Made by a program: the position numbers and the translations under genes. From IMG/VR virus record IMGVR_UViG_3300044966_000489: a stretch of DNA of 64,000 bases, one strand, 5' to 3'. Shown here piece by piece: positions 1 to 8,510 of this stretch. Every line of letters starts with the position of its first letter. Within the stretch, counting starts at the first letter, position 1. The notes beneath the pieces were generated by a model. The model saw only the letters and a list, made by a program, of their open reading frames with translations, did not search any database and was not told where the DNA came from. The stretch comes from a virus.

Positions 1-299
1 ACAGGAACCGACAAAGTAAGCAGTCCGTTCTCAGCAGAAGCTTTCAAAAGAGAAGCGTCCGCTGCGGAAGGAATCCATAGCGAAGCTTCAGCTTTCCTCT
101 TCGCGTTAGAGGCTTTAACTGTGACTAAATCGCCAATCTCATCTCTCTTTACTGTAATATCTAAATCTTCTTTACTGAAACCCGGCACTTCAATTTCAGA
201 AACATATTCGTTGCTCATTTTGTCTAGCACGAATGAATCTTTATTGTAAAGATCTAGTTTTTGAGTTTGACCATTGCTTGATTGAATATAGTATATCAT
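1..299 (-). CDS. Small heat-shock protein (Hsp20/alpha-crystallin), 3' end outside window
   Basis: Not in the ORF track; my translation from ATG at 299: MIYYIQSSNGQTQKLDLYNKDSFVLDKMSNEYVSEIEVPGFSKEDLDITVKR...LLKASAENGLLTLSVP, with the Hsp20 motifs E-x-PGxxKED and NGxLxxxxP. Confidence 0.85.
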   Translation of the reverse strand, partial: MIYYIQSSNGQTQKLDLYNKDSFVLDKMSNEYVSEIEVPGFSKEDLDITVKRDEIGDLVTVKASNAKRKAEASLWIPSAADASLLKASAENGLLTLSVP

Positions 300-312
300 A
301 GAGTTTTTCCTC

Positions 313-330
313 TAGCAAAAACTGTGCCAA
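313..330 (-). promoter_or_regulatory. Sigma54 (-24/-12) promoter for Hsp20
   Basis: Minus strand TTGGCACAGTTTTTGCTA = GG-N10-GC matching the TGGCAC-N5-TTGC consensus, 13 nt upstream of the ATG. Confidence 0.75.
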
Positions 331-359
331 CTTTAAAAGCCGCCTTTTTACTGCTTATT

Positions 360-398
360 TGAGACATTCTGAGACAAAATTAGCTGTCACAGTGACAG
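360..398. promoter_or_regulatory. Candidate activator sites upstream of the sigma54 promoter
   Basis: Direct repeat TGAGACA-ttc-TGAGACA (360-376) and perfect palindrome CTGTCAC-a-GTGACAG (384-398). Confidence 0.4.
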
Positions 399-400
399 AG

Positions 401-886
401 TTACACTCCTGTACTTCCAAATCCGCCCGTTCTTTCGGTTGTAGACAAAGATTCAACCTGCTGCCAATCAACAGCATGATACTTTTCAATAATTAATTGA
501 GCGATCCGATCTCCAGCTTTAATATTAAAATCAAAATTTGAACCAGCAATGTTTGGAGTAAGCCCCATCATGCTTGCAAGATCAATACTTAGATTCATTA
601 ATACAACTTTAACTTCTCCACGATAGCTAGAGTCTACAACGCCAGCAAGGACATCAATGCCATTCTTAACTGCCAATCCGCTGCGAGGAGCAATTCTTGC
701 ATAATACCCTTGAGGCACTTCGATTGAAAGACCAGTGCTAACCAAAGCGCGACTCATTGGCTTGATCCTTACGCTCTCAGTTGCATAAAGATCGTAACCA
801 GCATCTCCAGTCTTTTGACGAGACGGGACAATTGCTAGATTGTTTAGTTTAACGAATTTAACTGGGACTATTGTTTCTATATCCAT
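401..886 (-). CDS. dut: dUTPase (trimeric)
   Basis: Motifs AGYDL, PRSGLA, GVVDSSYRGEV, GDRIAQL, RTGGFGSTG. Confidence 0.97.
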   Translation of the reverse strand: MDIETIVPVKFVKLNNLAIVPSRQKTGDAGYDLYATESVRIKPMSRALVSTGLSIEVPQGYYARIAPRSGLAVKNGIDVLAGVVDSSYRGEVKVVLMNLSIDLASMMGLTPNIAGSNFDFNIKAGDRIAQLIIEKYHAVDWQQVESLSTTERTGGFGSTGV

Positions 887-1335
887 AATTGTAAATGAGA
901 TTTAATTTTAGAAAAACTTTCGGGATTCAATTCCTTATAGTAAATTTTGTAATATTCAAATATTTCTTTGAACTTATTACATTGATCGTATTCCTTAATA
1001 TAAAATACTCTTTGAATTTCATGAGAAACTATATCCTTCGCGCAAGCGAAGCAAGGCGATATCGTCAAACATATAGTATCTGCATCTCCTTTTCTTATCA
1101 AAGACAAAGCGTTGGTTTCTGCATGGAGCATTATTTCGCGCTTCTTAGGACGATTTTTCTCCTCCTTCATCCAGTCTTTAACAGGGAAGCCTTTTTTAAG
1201 ACCGTTGTATCCTGTTGAAATTATTCTGCCCTCTTTATTTAAGATGCAAGCTCCAACCTTGGTGTGCGGATCTTCACTTCTAGACGAAGCAGCAAGAGCC
1301 ATCATGCACCCGTACTCATGCCAAGAAAGTCTCAT
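877..1335 (-). CDS. dCMP deaminase
   Basis: RSEDPHTKVGA, GYNG, HAETNAL, SPCFAC zinc motifs; start placed at MRLSW (1335), just downstream of a promoter-like sequence. Confidence 0.92.
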   Translation of the reverse strand: MRLSWHEYGCMMALAASSRSEDPHTKVGACILNKEGRIISTGYNGLKKGFPVKDWMKEEKNRPKKREIMLHAETNALSLIRKGDADTICLTISPCFACAKDIVSHEIQRVFYIKEYDQCNKFKEIFEYYKIYYKELNPESFSKIKSHLQLWI

Positions 1336-1412
1336 GGAAAGTATTCTCGCTGGAGCAAAACAAAAGATCAAGTTTATTTGGACCTTTTTCTGGCATTCTT
1401 GTATCATTGATT

Positions 1413-1832
1413 ATGACAATCGCTGATGCTTCAATTAAGTTATACCAATGGTATTTTAAAAATGATAGTTTTTGTGAAAATAATTTTATAAAGATTCTTG
1501 AGATTTCTGAACAACCAGAATCTGAAAGAGCTTGCATTTTATGCGCCCTTGAGGAATTTGAGAAAAATGGAGTCGTAAAGAAAGCCGTCTTTAATGAAAA
1601 TAATTATTGGATTCTTTCTAAGAAGTTCGATGCTTATGAACAGAATATCACAATCTCTCCTAAAACTGCTTTCGTAATCGCAGAAATTATTAATTCTTAC
1701 TGCACTTTAATTGAAAATGAATCTGAAAGATGCAACCCTGCTTCAGTCAGCGAGAAGGACATCAAGAACCTTCTGGTGATTTTCAACGAGATGCGCGAAA
1801 AGATTTTTGACAAAACCAAAAACCCTGAATAG
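1413..1832 (+). CDS. Hypothetical protein
   Basis: 139-aa ORF from ATG 1413, 5 nt after a TATCAT -10-like box. Confidence 0.7.
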   Translation: MTIADASIKLYQWYFKNDSFCENNFIKILEISEQPESERACILCALEEFEKNGVVKKAVFNENNYWILSKKFDAYEQNITISPKTAFVIAEIINSYCTLIENESERCNPASVSEKDIKNLLVIFNEMREKIFDKTKNPE

Positions 1833-1835
1833 GAT
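1807..1835 (+). promoter_or_regulatory. Sigma70-type promoter firing into the non-coding interval
   Basis: TTGACA-N17-TAGGAT. Confidence 0.7.
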
Positions 1836-1841
1836 GAGCTA

Positions 1842-2250
1842 GTTCTTTGTCTGGGTGAATAGCCTACTGGGGATATCCCAGTTTGAACGCATCAGAGACA
1901 TCAGGCCCGTAAAAAGACCCTAGTCAACTGGATCTAAGAAATCCAACGCCATTTCGGGAAAAGGCGACGTTCCGCAAGGAGAAGACTTTGAAAAGCTGAA
2001 ACCTCATTTTTCTCAAAAGAAAAAGCTGGCAGTTCGTCCTAAGAGAAATCCCACCCGTGAAGACAAAGAACTTAAACAAAGAGTTAGTCATTAGCTAGGC
2101 TCTCTTGAGAGGGCCGAAAGCCTGAGAAGCAGGTTGCGAAGGATTGAAATGGGTAACTCTTGATTATTTTAAAACTCTATAATTATTTTTAGAGATGACA
2201 GCCTTTTCCTATTTTAACTCAAAGAAAAATCATAAAGCTGGCAGTTCTCT
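1842..2250 (+). ncRNA. Candidate structured non-coding RNA (family not recognised; ends approximate)
   Basis: Largest ORF-free gap in the window, with its own promoter and hairpins at 1866-1882, 1929-1945, 1947-1966, 1971-1980 (TCC-GCAA-GGA, GNRA loop) and 2098-2115. Confidence 0.45.
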
Positions 2251-2278
2251 TTACAAACACATCTCTTCTGAATACTAT
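2250..2278 (+). promoter_or_regulatory. Sigma70-type promoter
   Basis: TTTACA-N17-TACTAT, 8 nt before ATG 2287. Confidence 0.55.
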
Positions 2279-2286
2279 GTTTTACT

Positions 2287-2919
2287 ATGTCTAACTTATT
2301 CCTAGGAATTGCTGGTGCTGCAACTGTAGGTAAGGATACTTACTATAGATTACTAAAGCAGATTTGCTCAGAAGAGTTTGGAGTGAATGTAATAAGATTT
2401 GCTCTTGCTGATTCGTTAAAGAATGATTTATATTCTTTGATCTTATATAAATACGGAGTTGACATTTTTAATTGTTCAACTGAGGATAAGAACAAGGTAA
2501 GACATTTATTAGTAAGTCACGCTAGAGTAATGCGTCAAAATACTAAAGGTAGGTATTGGATAGAAAAGCTTCAGTCTGAAATTGATGAGTACAAGAAATC
2601 TGAAAATTTTAAACCTTCAGATATTTTTTGTGTAACAGATATTAGACACTTCGAATATTCAAAAGACGAAGTTGTCTGGATAAAGGAAGAAAATAAAGGA
2701 GTTTTAATTTATGTTGAAAAATATTTTTCAGACGGTTCAATTTGCAATCCTGCAAACACTGATGAAAGCAGAAACGATCCCGCTCTTAGAGAACATTGCG
2801 ATTATTTGCTTCGTTGGATGCATGGATCTGACGAACAAACTTTGAAAATTTCCGTCAAAAAAAGTATTGACAACTTGATAAAACAAGGTAAGCTTTACAC
2901 ACATGATAGAATCAACTGA
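2287..2919 (+). CDS. Deoxynucleoside monophosphate kinase-like P-loop protein
   Basis: N-terminal GIAGAATVGKDT, FALADSLK, VTDIRH..E motifs typical of phage dNMP kinases. Confidence 0.75.
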   Translation: MSNLFLGIAGAATVGKDTYYRLLKQICSEEFGVNVIRFALADSLKNDLYSLILYKYGVDIFNCSTEDKNKVRHLLVSHARVMRQNTKGRYWIEKLQSEIDEYKKSENFKPSDIFCVTDIRHFEYSKDEVVWIKEENKGVLIYVEKYFSDGSICNPANTDESRNDPALREHCDYLLRWMHGSDEQTLKISVKKSIDNLIKQGKLYTHDRIN

Positions 2920-3490
2920 CAACGAACTTGTAACGAAGGTAAAACTTCATCAATGCAACCAATCATTAAAGACTCTGATAGATAGGCACTCTCCTCTCTG
3001 TTTTGATATATTTAAAAAGTATAATAAGATTCTTCAAGAAAGAGGCGTAAGCCCAGAAGATCTTGCTAATGAAAAAGATTACATTATTTACAAGTGTACT
3101 CTTAATTTTGACGAAACTCAAAATAGTAAATTCTCAACTTGGCTTGCTAATCACGTTAAATACAAATGCTTAACAAACATTACTAAACATAAGTGGACGC
3201 TTTCCATAGACGATGAAAACCAAAAGAATCTTGTAGCAAATCTTAGTCAAGAAACTAATGATTTTGAAGAGAAGAAGGAATATATATTTAATCTCCTTTC
3301 TCAAATGAAAGACAAGCGATTAGAGAAGATTATCATGTTGAGATACTATGGAGACAAACCTTCTCGTAAGTGGAAGAATATTTCAAAAGAACTAGGCGTA
3401 ACTTACCAGACGGCAATCACTTTACACAAAAAAGCCCTTGAGTTCTTGAAAACAAAAATAGAGAGTAAAGAAATGCAAGATTTTGTGTAA
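2903..3490 (+). CDS. Phage RNA polymerase sigma factor (sigma70 family, regions 2 and 4)
   Basis: NFDETQNSKFSTWL (region 2); C-terminal HTH WKNISKELGVTYQTAITLHKKALEFLK. Confidence 0.85.
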   Translation: MIESTDNELVTKVKLHQCNQSLKTLIDRHSPLCFDIFKKYNKILQERGVSPEDLANEKDYIIYKCTLNFDETQNSKFSTWLANHVKYKCLTNITKHKWTLSIDDENQKNLVANLSQETNDFEEKKEYIFNLLSQMKDKRLEKIIMLRYYGDKPSRKWKNISKELGVTYQTAITLHKKALEFLKTKIESKEMQDFV

Positions 3491-3496
3491 AAACTC

Positions 3497-3525
3497 TTTA
3501 CTTTTTTTGTTGGTACAGGTAGTAT
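3497..3525 (+). promoter_or_regulatory. Sigma70-type promoter
   Basis: TTTACT-N17-TAGTAT upstream of ATG 3541. Confidence 0.5.
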
Positions 3526-3540
3526 TTATTTGCATATCTT

Positions 3541-3897
3541 ATGCCTACTCCTAATACTAACAATACTGACAGTAATTCAATTCGACGCGAACTTGGCGCA
3601 CTTTGGAGCCGCAAAGGCTCTAGTGGTTCTGAGTATCTAACTGGTAAGTTCCGACTTAAGGACATCAAGGATAACTTTGATGAAGTTAAGATCATTGTGT
3701 TCCCAAATAACAAGAAGAAGAATGATGGGTCTCCCGATTTTCAGATCTTCATGGAGAAGGCTCAGTACGAAACCCTCACTGGAACTCAAGGCTCTCCCAC
3801 TCCTGCTCCAGCAGCAAAGGTCGCTCCTCGCGCAGTAGTTAAGCCTCTTGTAAAGGCCGCAGTCAGCCAAGTCAGCGCAGATGATGATTTGATCTAA
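3541..3897 (+). CDS. DUF736-like protein, possible ssDNA-binding protein
   Basis: GALWSRK..EYLTG..FPNNKK..PDFQI pattern, Pro/Ala linker, acidic tip ADDDLI. Confidence 0.55.
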   Translation: MPTPNTNNTDSNSIRRELGALWSRKGSSGSEYLTGKFRLKDIKDNFDEVKIIVFPNNKKKNDGSPDFQIFMEKAQYETLTGTQGSPTPAPAAKVAPRAVVKPLVKAAVSQVSADDDLI

Positions 3898-3898
3898 C

Positions 3899-4978
3899 AT
3901 GAAATTTGCCCTGCATCTTCCGATTAATACGACCAGTTTTGGTCAGGTCTCAATTCAGCTTCTCAAAGAGATTTATTCTTTGAAGTTGGAGCCATCTCTG
4001 TTTATGATTGGCAATCCTGATTTCGGTCAGGAAGAGATTACGGAAGATTTTAAGAATTGGTTTAATTCTTGTTTGAAGAAGGGTCTCCGATACCATTCAA
4101 GAAAAGATCCAGTTTTTAAACTGTGGCACATTAACGGCTCACTTGAGTCTTATAGTGATCGGCAGTTTTTACTTACTTTCCATGAACTTGATGCCCTCAC
4201 TCAGACTGAGATTAATATCTTAAAGAATAATGACAAGGTATTAGTTTCTTCCCCTTATTCAGTGAAGGTATTCAGTGAACATGGGGTAGGTAATGTAAGT
4301 TATTTACCCCTGTTCTTTGACGCAAAGAATTTCAAAGCTACAAACAAGACTTACTTTAATGACGGCAGAATCACTTTTAATCTTTGTGGCAAGTTTGAAA
4401 AGCGCAAGCATCATGTAAAGGCGATCCGTGCATGGATCAATAAGTACGCTAATAATAACAGCTACTCTTTACAGTGCGCTCTTTATAATAATTTTCTATC
4501 TCAAGAAGATAACACTAAATTGATTAACATGGCAGTTGAAGGCAAGAAATTCTTCAATGTCAGCTTCTTTGGGCATATGGCTCAAGTTAATCTTTATAAT
4601 GAATTTCTAAATTCAGCAGACGTTATTCTTGGAGCTTCAGGAGGTGAAGGTTGGGCTTTACCAGAATTTCAATCAGTTGCAATTGGAAAGCATTCTGTAA
4701 TTATTAATGCTCATGCTTATTCTGCTTGGGCTAATGATAAGAATTCAGTTTTAGTAAACCCCTCAAGCAAAATTCCTGCTTATGACAATATGTTCTTTCA
4801 CCAAGGACAAGAATTTAATCAGGGAAATATTTTTGACTGGTCAGAAGATGCTTTTATTGAAGGCTGCGAAAAGGCAATCGCAAGAGTAAAGCAAAGCAGA
4901 ATAAATCAAGAAGGTTTGAAGCTTCAAGAGCAGTTCACCGTCAGAAAGACAACTGAACAGATCCTTTCTCTTTTTTAA
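3899..4978 (+). CDS. Glycosyltransferase, GT4/GT-B fold
   Basis: GKFEKRKH and SGGEGWALPEFQ (EGFGLP-like) motifs. Confidence 0.8.
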   Translation: MKFALHLPINTTSFGQVSIQLLKEIYSLKLEPSLFMIGNPDFGQEEITEDFKNWFNSCLKKGLRYHSRKDPVFKLWHINGSLESYSDRQFLLTFHELDALTQTEINILKNNDKVLVSSPYSVKVFSEHGVGNVSYLPLFFDAKNFKATNKTYFNDGRITFNLCGKFEKRKHHVKAIRAWINKYANNNSYSLQCALYNNFLSQEDNTKLINMAVEGKKFFNVSFFGHMAQVNLYNEFLNSADVILGASGGEGWALPEFQSVAIGKHSVIINAHAYSAWANDKNSVLVNPSSKIPAYDNMFFHQGQEFNQGNIFDWSEDAFIEGCEKAIARVKQSRINQEGLKLQEQFTVRKTTEQILSLF

Positions 4979-4979
4979 T

Positions 4980-5324
4980 ATGCCAGTTTATATTTTTCAA
5001 AATCCTAAAACTAAAGAATACAAAGAAGTTTTTCTTTCTGTTGACGCAGAGAAAGTGTATTCTGAAGGAGGAGTAAAATGGCAAAGAATTTTCATCTCTC
5101 CTAATGTAAGTGTAGATACACAGATAGATGCGAACTCTGAGCGAGATTTTATTGAAAAAACTGCGAGAAAGAATTATAACGTTGGTGAGATGTGGGATTC
5201 CTCTAAAGAACTTTCTGAAAAACGAGAAAGAGAAAAAGGAATAGACCCCATTAAGGAAAAATCTCTAAAAGAGTATTCTAAGGTCCGTCGTGGCGCAAAA
5301 CACACGAACAAGGCTGGTATCTAA
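4980..5324 (+). CDS. FmdB-like small protein
   Basis: MPVYIFQN..T.E..EV N-terminus resembling the MPxYxY FmdB family, without cysteines. Confidence 0.5.
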   Translation: MPVYIFQNPKTKEYKEVFLSVDAEKVYSEGGVKWQRIFISPNVSVDTQIDANSERDFIEKTARKNYNVGEMWDSSKELSEKREREKGIDPIKEKSLKEYSKVRRGAKHTNKAGI

Positions 5325-5354
5325 TTTTTCGTTTCCCAAATCGGTTTTTCTTCG

Positions 5355-5367
5355 GTGTAATTATTAT
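5355..5367 (+). promoter_or_regulatory. Candidate phage-sigma promoter (GTGTAA motif)
   Basis: GTGTAATTATTAT 6 nt before the RNR ATG; same motif at 21875, 42102-42107 (minus strand) and 42114. Confidence 0.5.
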
Positions 5368-5373
5368 CCCTAT

Positions 5374-7341
5374 ATGAGCAAAGCTATTAACTTCCTAGAC
5401 GAAATGGCGAACTTTACGTTCGTAACAAAATACGCAAAATATGACGAAAAGAAGAAGCGCAGAGAGACATGGGACGAGACTGTTACAAGAGTCGAGACCA
5501 TGCACTTGAAGAGATTCAAGCACCTACCAAAAGAAGACAAGTATGAAATTTCAAGAGCTTTCGACTTGGTTAGAGAAAGGAAGGTTACTCCTTCAATGCG
5601 TAGTATGCAATTCGGCGGTAAAGCGGTTGAAGCGCATAATGGAAGAATCTTTAATTGCGCTGTACGTCATATTGATTCTATTCGTTCTTTTGCTGAATCT
5701 TTTTATACTTTGCTTTGTGGTACTGGCGTTGGATTTGGTATCACTGATAAGTTCCTCAATCGCCTACCTGATCTCGTTAACGCTAAAGATAAGACTGGGA
5801 CGGTAATTACTTATACAGTTAATGATAGCATTGAAGGGTGGGGCGACTCAATTGAAGCTTTGCTAAACTGCTATTTTAAGAATACCGCTTATTCTGGCCG
5901 TAAGATCGTATTTGATTACAGCAAAATTCGCCCAAAGGGAGCGAAGCTTAAGACTGGTGGAGGAAAAGCTCCCGGCTATAAAGGTCTCAAGAACTGCCAT
6001 TTCAAGGTTAAATTGCTACTTGATACTATTATTGAAGATAGCAATCAAACCCGCCTTAAGACTGTCAATGCTTATGATATTTTGATGCATTGTGCTGATG
6101 CCGTATTGTCTGGAGGTATTCGCCGTTCTGCTTGCAGCGTTATCTTTGACGCTCAAGATAAGGACATGATGAACGCCAAGACTGGCAATTGGTTCCTTGA
6201 TAACCCTCAGAGAGCTAGATCAAATAACTCTGCAATTATTATTCGCGGCAAGACTTCTTATGACGAGTTTGAAACTCTAATTAATAAGACTAAGGAATTT
6301 GGTGAGCCGGGATTCTTATATGTTGTTGATGAGAATCAGCTTTTGAATCCTTGTTTTGAGATTTCTTTTATTCCAATTACTAAAGATGGACGTTGCGGAT
6401 TCCAGTTCTGCAATCTCACTTCTATCAATGGAGCGAAAGTTAAGTCTCTAGAAGATTTTAAAAATGCTTCTTGGGCTGCGTCATTGATTGGAACGTTGCA
6501 AGCTGCATATACGACCTTCCCTTATCTCGGTCATACTTCCGAAGAGTTGACCGAAGAAGAAGCTCTGCTTGGAGTTTCTATTACTGGAATGATGGATAAT
6601 CCAGATATCCTTTTCAATCCAGAGTATCAAAGAGAAGCCGCCAAGGTTTCAGTAAACACTAACATTGAATGGGCCAAGAAGATTGGAATCAATCAAGCTT
6701 CTAGAGTTACTTGCATCAAGCCAGAGGGAACTAATTCCATTGTATTGTCTGCTGCTTCTGGAATTCATCCTCACCACGCTCGTAAGTACTTCCGCCGCAT
6801 TCAGGTCAATAAGGAAGATAATGTCTATAAGTTCTTCAAGATGTTTAATGAACACGCTTGCGAAGAGAGCGTTTGGAGCGCAAATAAGGTTGATGATGTT
6901 ATTACATTCCCTATTGAAGTAAGTGAGAATGTCAAGATTAAGTCTGAACTAAATGCAATTGAGCATTTGGAACTTATTAAATTGACACAAACTAACTGGG
7001 TTAATTGCGGCACAACTGCTTCAAACAAGAAGCCACTAAACCATTCAGTTAGCTGCACCGTTATTGTTAAAGACGACGAATGGAAGACCGTTACAGAGTA
7101 CCTTTATAACAATCAAGAGTACTTTACTGCCGTTTCTTTGCTTCCTTATTCTGGAGATAAGATCTATCAACAGGCTCCAATGGAAGCAATTGTAACGCCT
7201 GAAGATGAAGTTAAATTTAATAAACTTCAAGAAGAGTGGTCAAAGGTTGACTTTACTAAGCTTATTGAAGATGAGGATGAAACTAGTCATACTCAGGAAG
7301 TTGCTTGCGCTGGCGGAAAATGTGAGCCAGTAAGTCTATAA
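5374..7341 (+). CDS. nrdJ: Ribonucleotide reductase class II (AdoCbl-dependent, monomeric RTPR type)
   Basis: RRETWDETVTR, FNCA, GGIRRSA, NPCFEI, CNLT, TCIKPEGT, C-terminal CAGGKC; no NrdB gene adjacent; start placed at MSKAINF. Confidence 0.9.
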   Translation: MSKAINFLDEMANFTFVTKYAKYDEKKKRRETWDETVTRVETMHLKRFKHLPKEDKYEISRAFDLVRERKVTPSMRSMQFGGKAVEAHNGRIFNCAVRHIDSIRSFAESFYTLLCGTGVGFGITDKFLNRLPDLVNAKDKTGTVITYTVNDSIEGWGDSIEALLNCYFKNTAYSGRKIVFDYSKIRPKGAKLKTGGGKAPGYKGLKNCHFKVKLLLDTIIEDSNQTRLKTVNAYDILMHCADAVLSGGIRRSACSVIFDAQDKDMMNAKTGNWFLDNPQRARSNNSAIIIRGKTSYDEFETLINKTKEFGEPGFLYVVDENQLLNPCFEISFIPITKDGRCGFQFCNLTSINGAKVKSLEDFKNASWAASLIGTLQAAYTTFPYLGHTSEELTEEEALLGVSITGMMDNPDILFNPEYQREAAKVSVNTNIEWAKKIGINQASRVTCIKPEGTNSIVLSAASGIHPHHARKYFRRIQVNKEDNVYKFFKMFNEHACEESVWSANKVDDVITFPIEVSENVKIKSELNAIEHLELIKLTQTNWVNCGTTASNKKPLNHSVSCTVIVKDDEWKTVTEYLYNNQEYFTAVSLLPYSGDKIYQQAPMEAIVTPEDEVKFNKLQEEWSKVDFTKLIEDEDETSHTQEVACAGGKCEPVSL

Positions 7342-7358
7342 AATTTTTAGACTTTTTT

Positions 7359-7398
7359 GTGCTATAGTATTTTACAGAGTGTAGAATACTATATGCAC
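7359..7398. repeat. Long imperfect inverted repeat between RNR and the glycosylation island
   Basis: GTGC-TATAGTATTTTACA-gag-TGTAGAATACTATA-t-GCAC. Confidence 0.65.
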
Positions 7399-7425
7399 AT
7401 CATGATGGCTTTAAATAAGTAAAAT

Positions 7426-7710
7426 ATGAATACACCAGCAGCATCCATAGATTGGCAAACCTTATTTAATATTGCTTTCATGATCGCCGGTTTTTTAGCT
7501 GGATGGATCTTCAAAAGGACTTTTCATTTAATTGACAAGCAAGAGCAAAAGACGGAAGATCTTTCAAACAAACTTCACGCCATTGAAATATCTCTTCCAA
7601 AAGAATACGTTAACAAAGAAGATCTCAATAAATTCTCAGAACATATTAACGCTAGATTTGATAAAATAGAAGCTAAACTTGATAATATCATTGAGAGAAG
7701 CAAAACATGA
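7426..7710 (+). CDS. Small membrane protein with coiled coil (holin-like/unknown)
   Basis: One N-terminal TM segment (WQTLFNIAFMIAGFLAGWIF), YV.KED..RFDKIEAKLD tail common in phage membrane proteins. Confidence 0.55.
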   Translation: MNTPAASIDWQTLFNIAFMIAGFLAGWIFKRTFHLIDKQEQKTEDLSNKLHAIEISLPKEYVNKEDLNKFSEHINARFDKIEAKLDNIIERSKT

Positions 7711-8510
7711 TTTCATTTTTAGTTTTAAATTACAATAGACCTAAAGAAACAGAACTTTGTTTAAAATCAATTAAAAAATTTACTACCTTCTCTCACGAAG
7801 TAGTTTTACTAAATAATGGCGGACAAGATCACGATGCCATTTTTCAGTTTTTCAAAGATGGCTTGATTGACAAGCTAACTTTAAGATCAAAAAATTCAGG
7901 ATGTGGACTTGGCACAAGAGAACTATTCAATGATTTCAATTTAAGTAACGAATACGTTATTTACGTTCAGTGCGATCAGTTCATGATCCGTGAGTTCTCA
8001 GAGCAGGAAATAGCTAGTTACATTAACATTTTAAAGTCAGACGAATCAGTAAGCCATATTGATTTATCTGGAAATCAAGGAAACGGCAACTATTCTGAAA
8101 GAGCGCACCTAATAAACAAAAAGTTTTATAACAGTATCCCAAATACAATTGGTGGCCCCGGTCCATACGCAAATGAGATGTGGACTGAAGAAAGCCTTCA
8201 GAAATTCTTGAAAGCTAACAATAAGAGGTTTCTCGTTTCAAAGAATCTTTTATTTGCAGACAATGGTAAAGTATCTATTCGTGAATACCCTTGTGGCGGC
8301 GAATTGATACAATATACAGATACTAAAGAAGTATTTATTACAAAACCAATTAAGGCAAGAGTAGACTTTCCAAATATCCATTTAACTGATAAAGAATGGG
8401 AAATGATACTGTCTAATACATGGGTCGATGGAACTATTCCTCACAAGCATAGGGAAAACTCTTTTTTATTTTGGAAAAAACCATTCTATTCTGATATAAT
8501 GAATGGATGA
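7707..8510 (+). CDS. Glycosyltransferase family 2
   Basis: ISFLVLNYNRP..CLKSI..VVLLNNG..NSGCG. Confidence 0.8.
   Translation: MISFLVLNYNRPKETELCLKSIKKFTTFSHEVVLLNNGGQDHDAIFQFFKDGLIDKLTLRSKNSGCGLGTRELFNDFNLSNEYVIYVQCDQFMIREFSEQEIASYINILKSDESVSHIDLSGNQGNGNYSERAHLINKKFYNSIPNTIGGPGPYANEMWTEESLQKFLKANNKRFLVSKNLLFADNGKVSIREYPCGGELIQYTDTKEVFITKPIKARVDFPNIHLTDKEWEMILSNTWVDGTIPHKHRENSFLFWKKPFYSDIMNG

Noticed and set aside
1834-2163. Frame from ATG 1834 interrupted only by three TAG codons, suggesting amber recoding
   Set aside because: All long genes read through in the standard code, TAG ends plausible genes (1832, 33156), and this ATG overlaps the -10 box; probably chance
1842-2250. tRNA, tmRNA, RNase P or group I intron identity for the non-coding interval
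   Set aside because: Diagnostic conserved sequences were not found by eye; left as an unassigned candidate
7393-7422. Nine-codon ORF MHIMMALNK upstream of the island
   Set aside because: Too short to support, and it overlaps the inverted repeat
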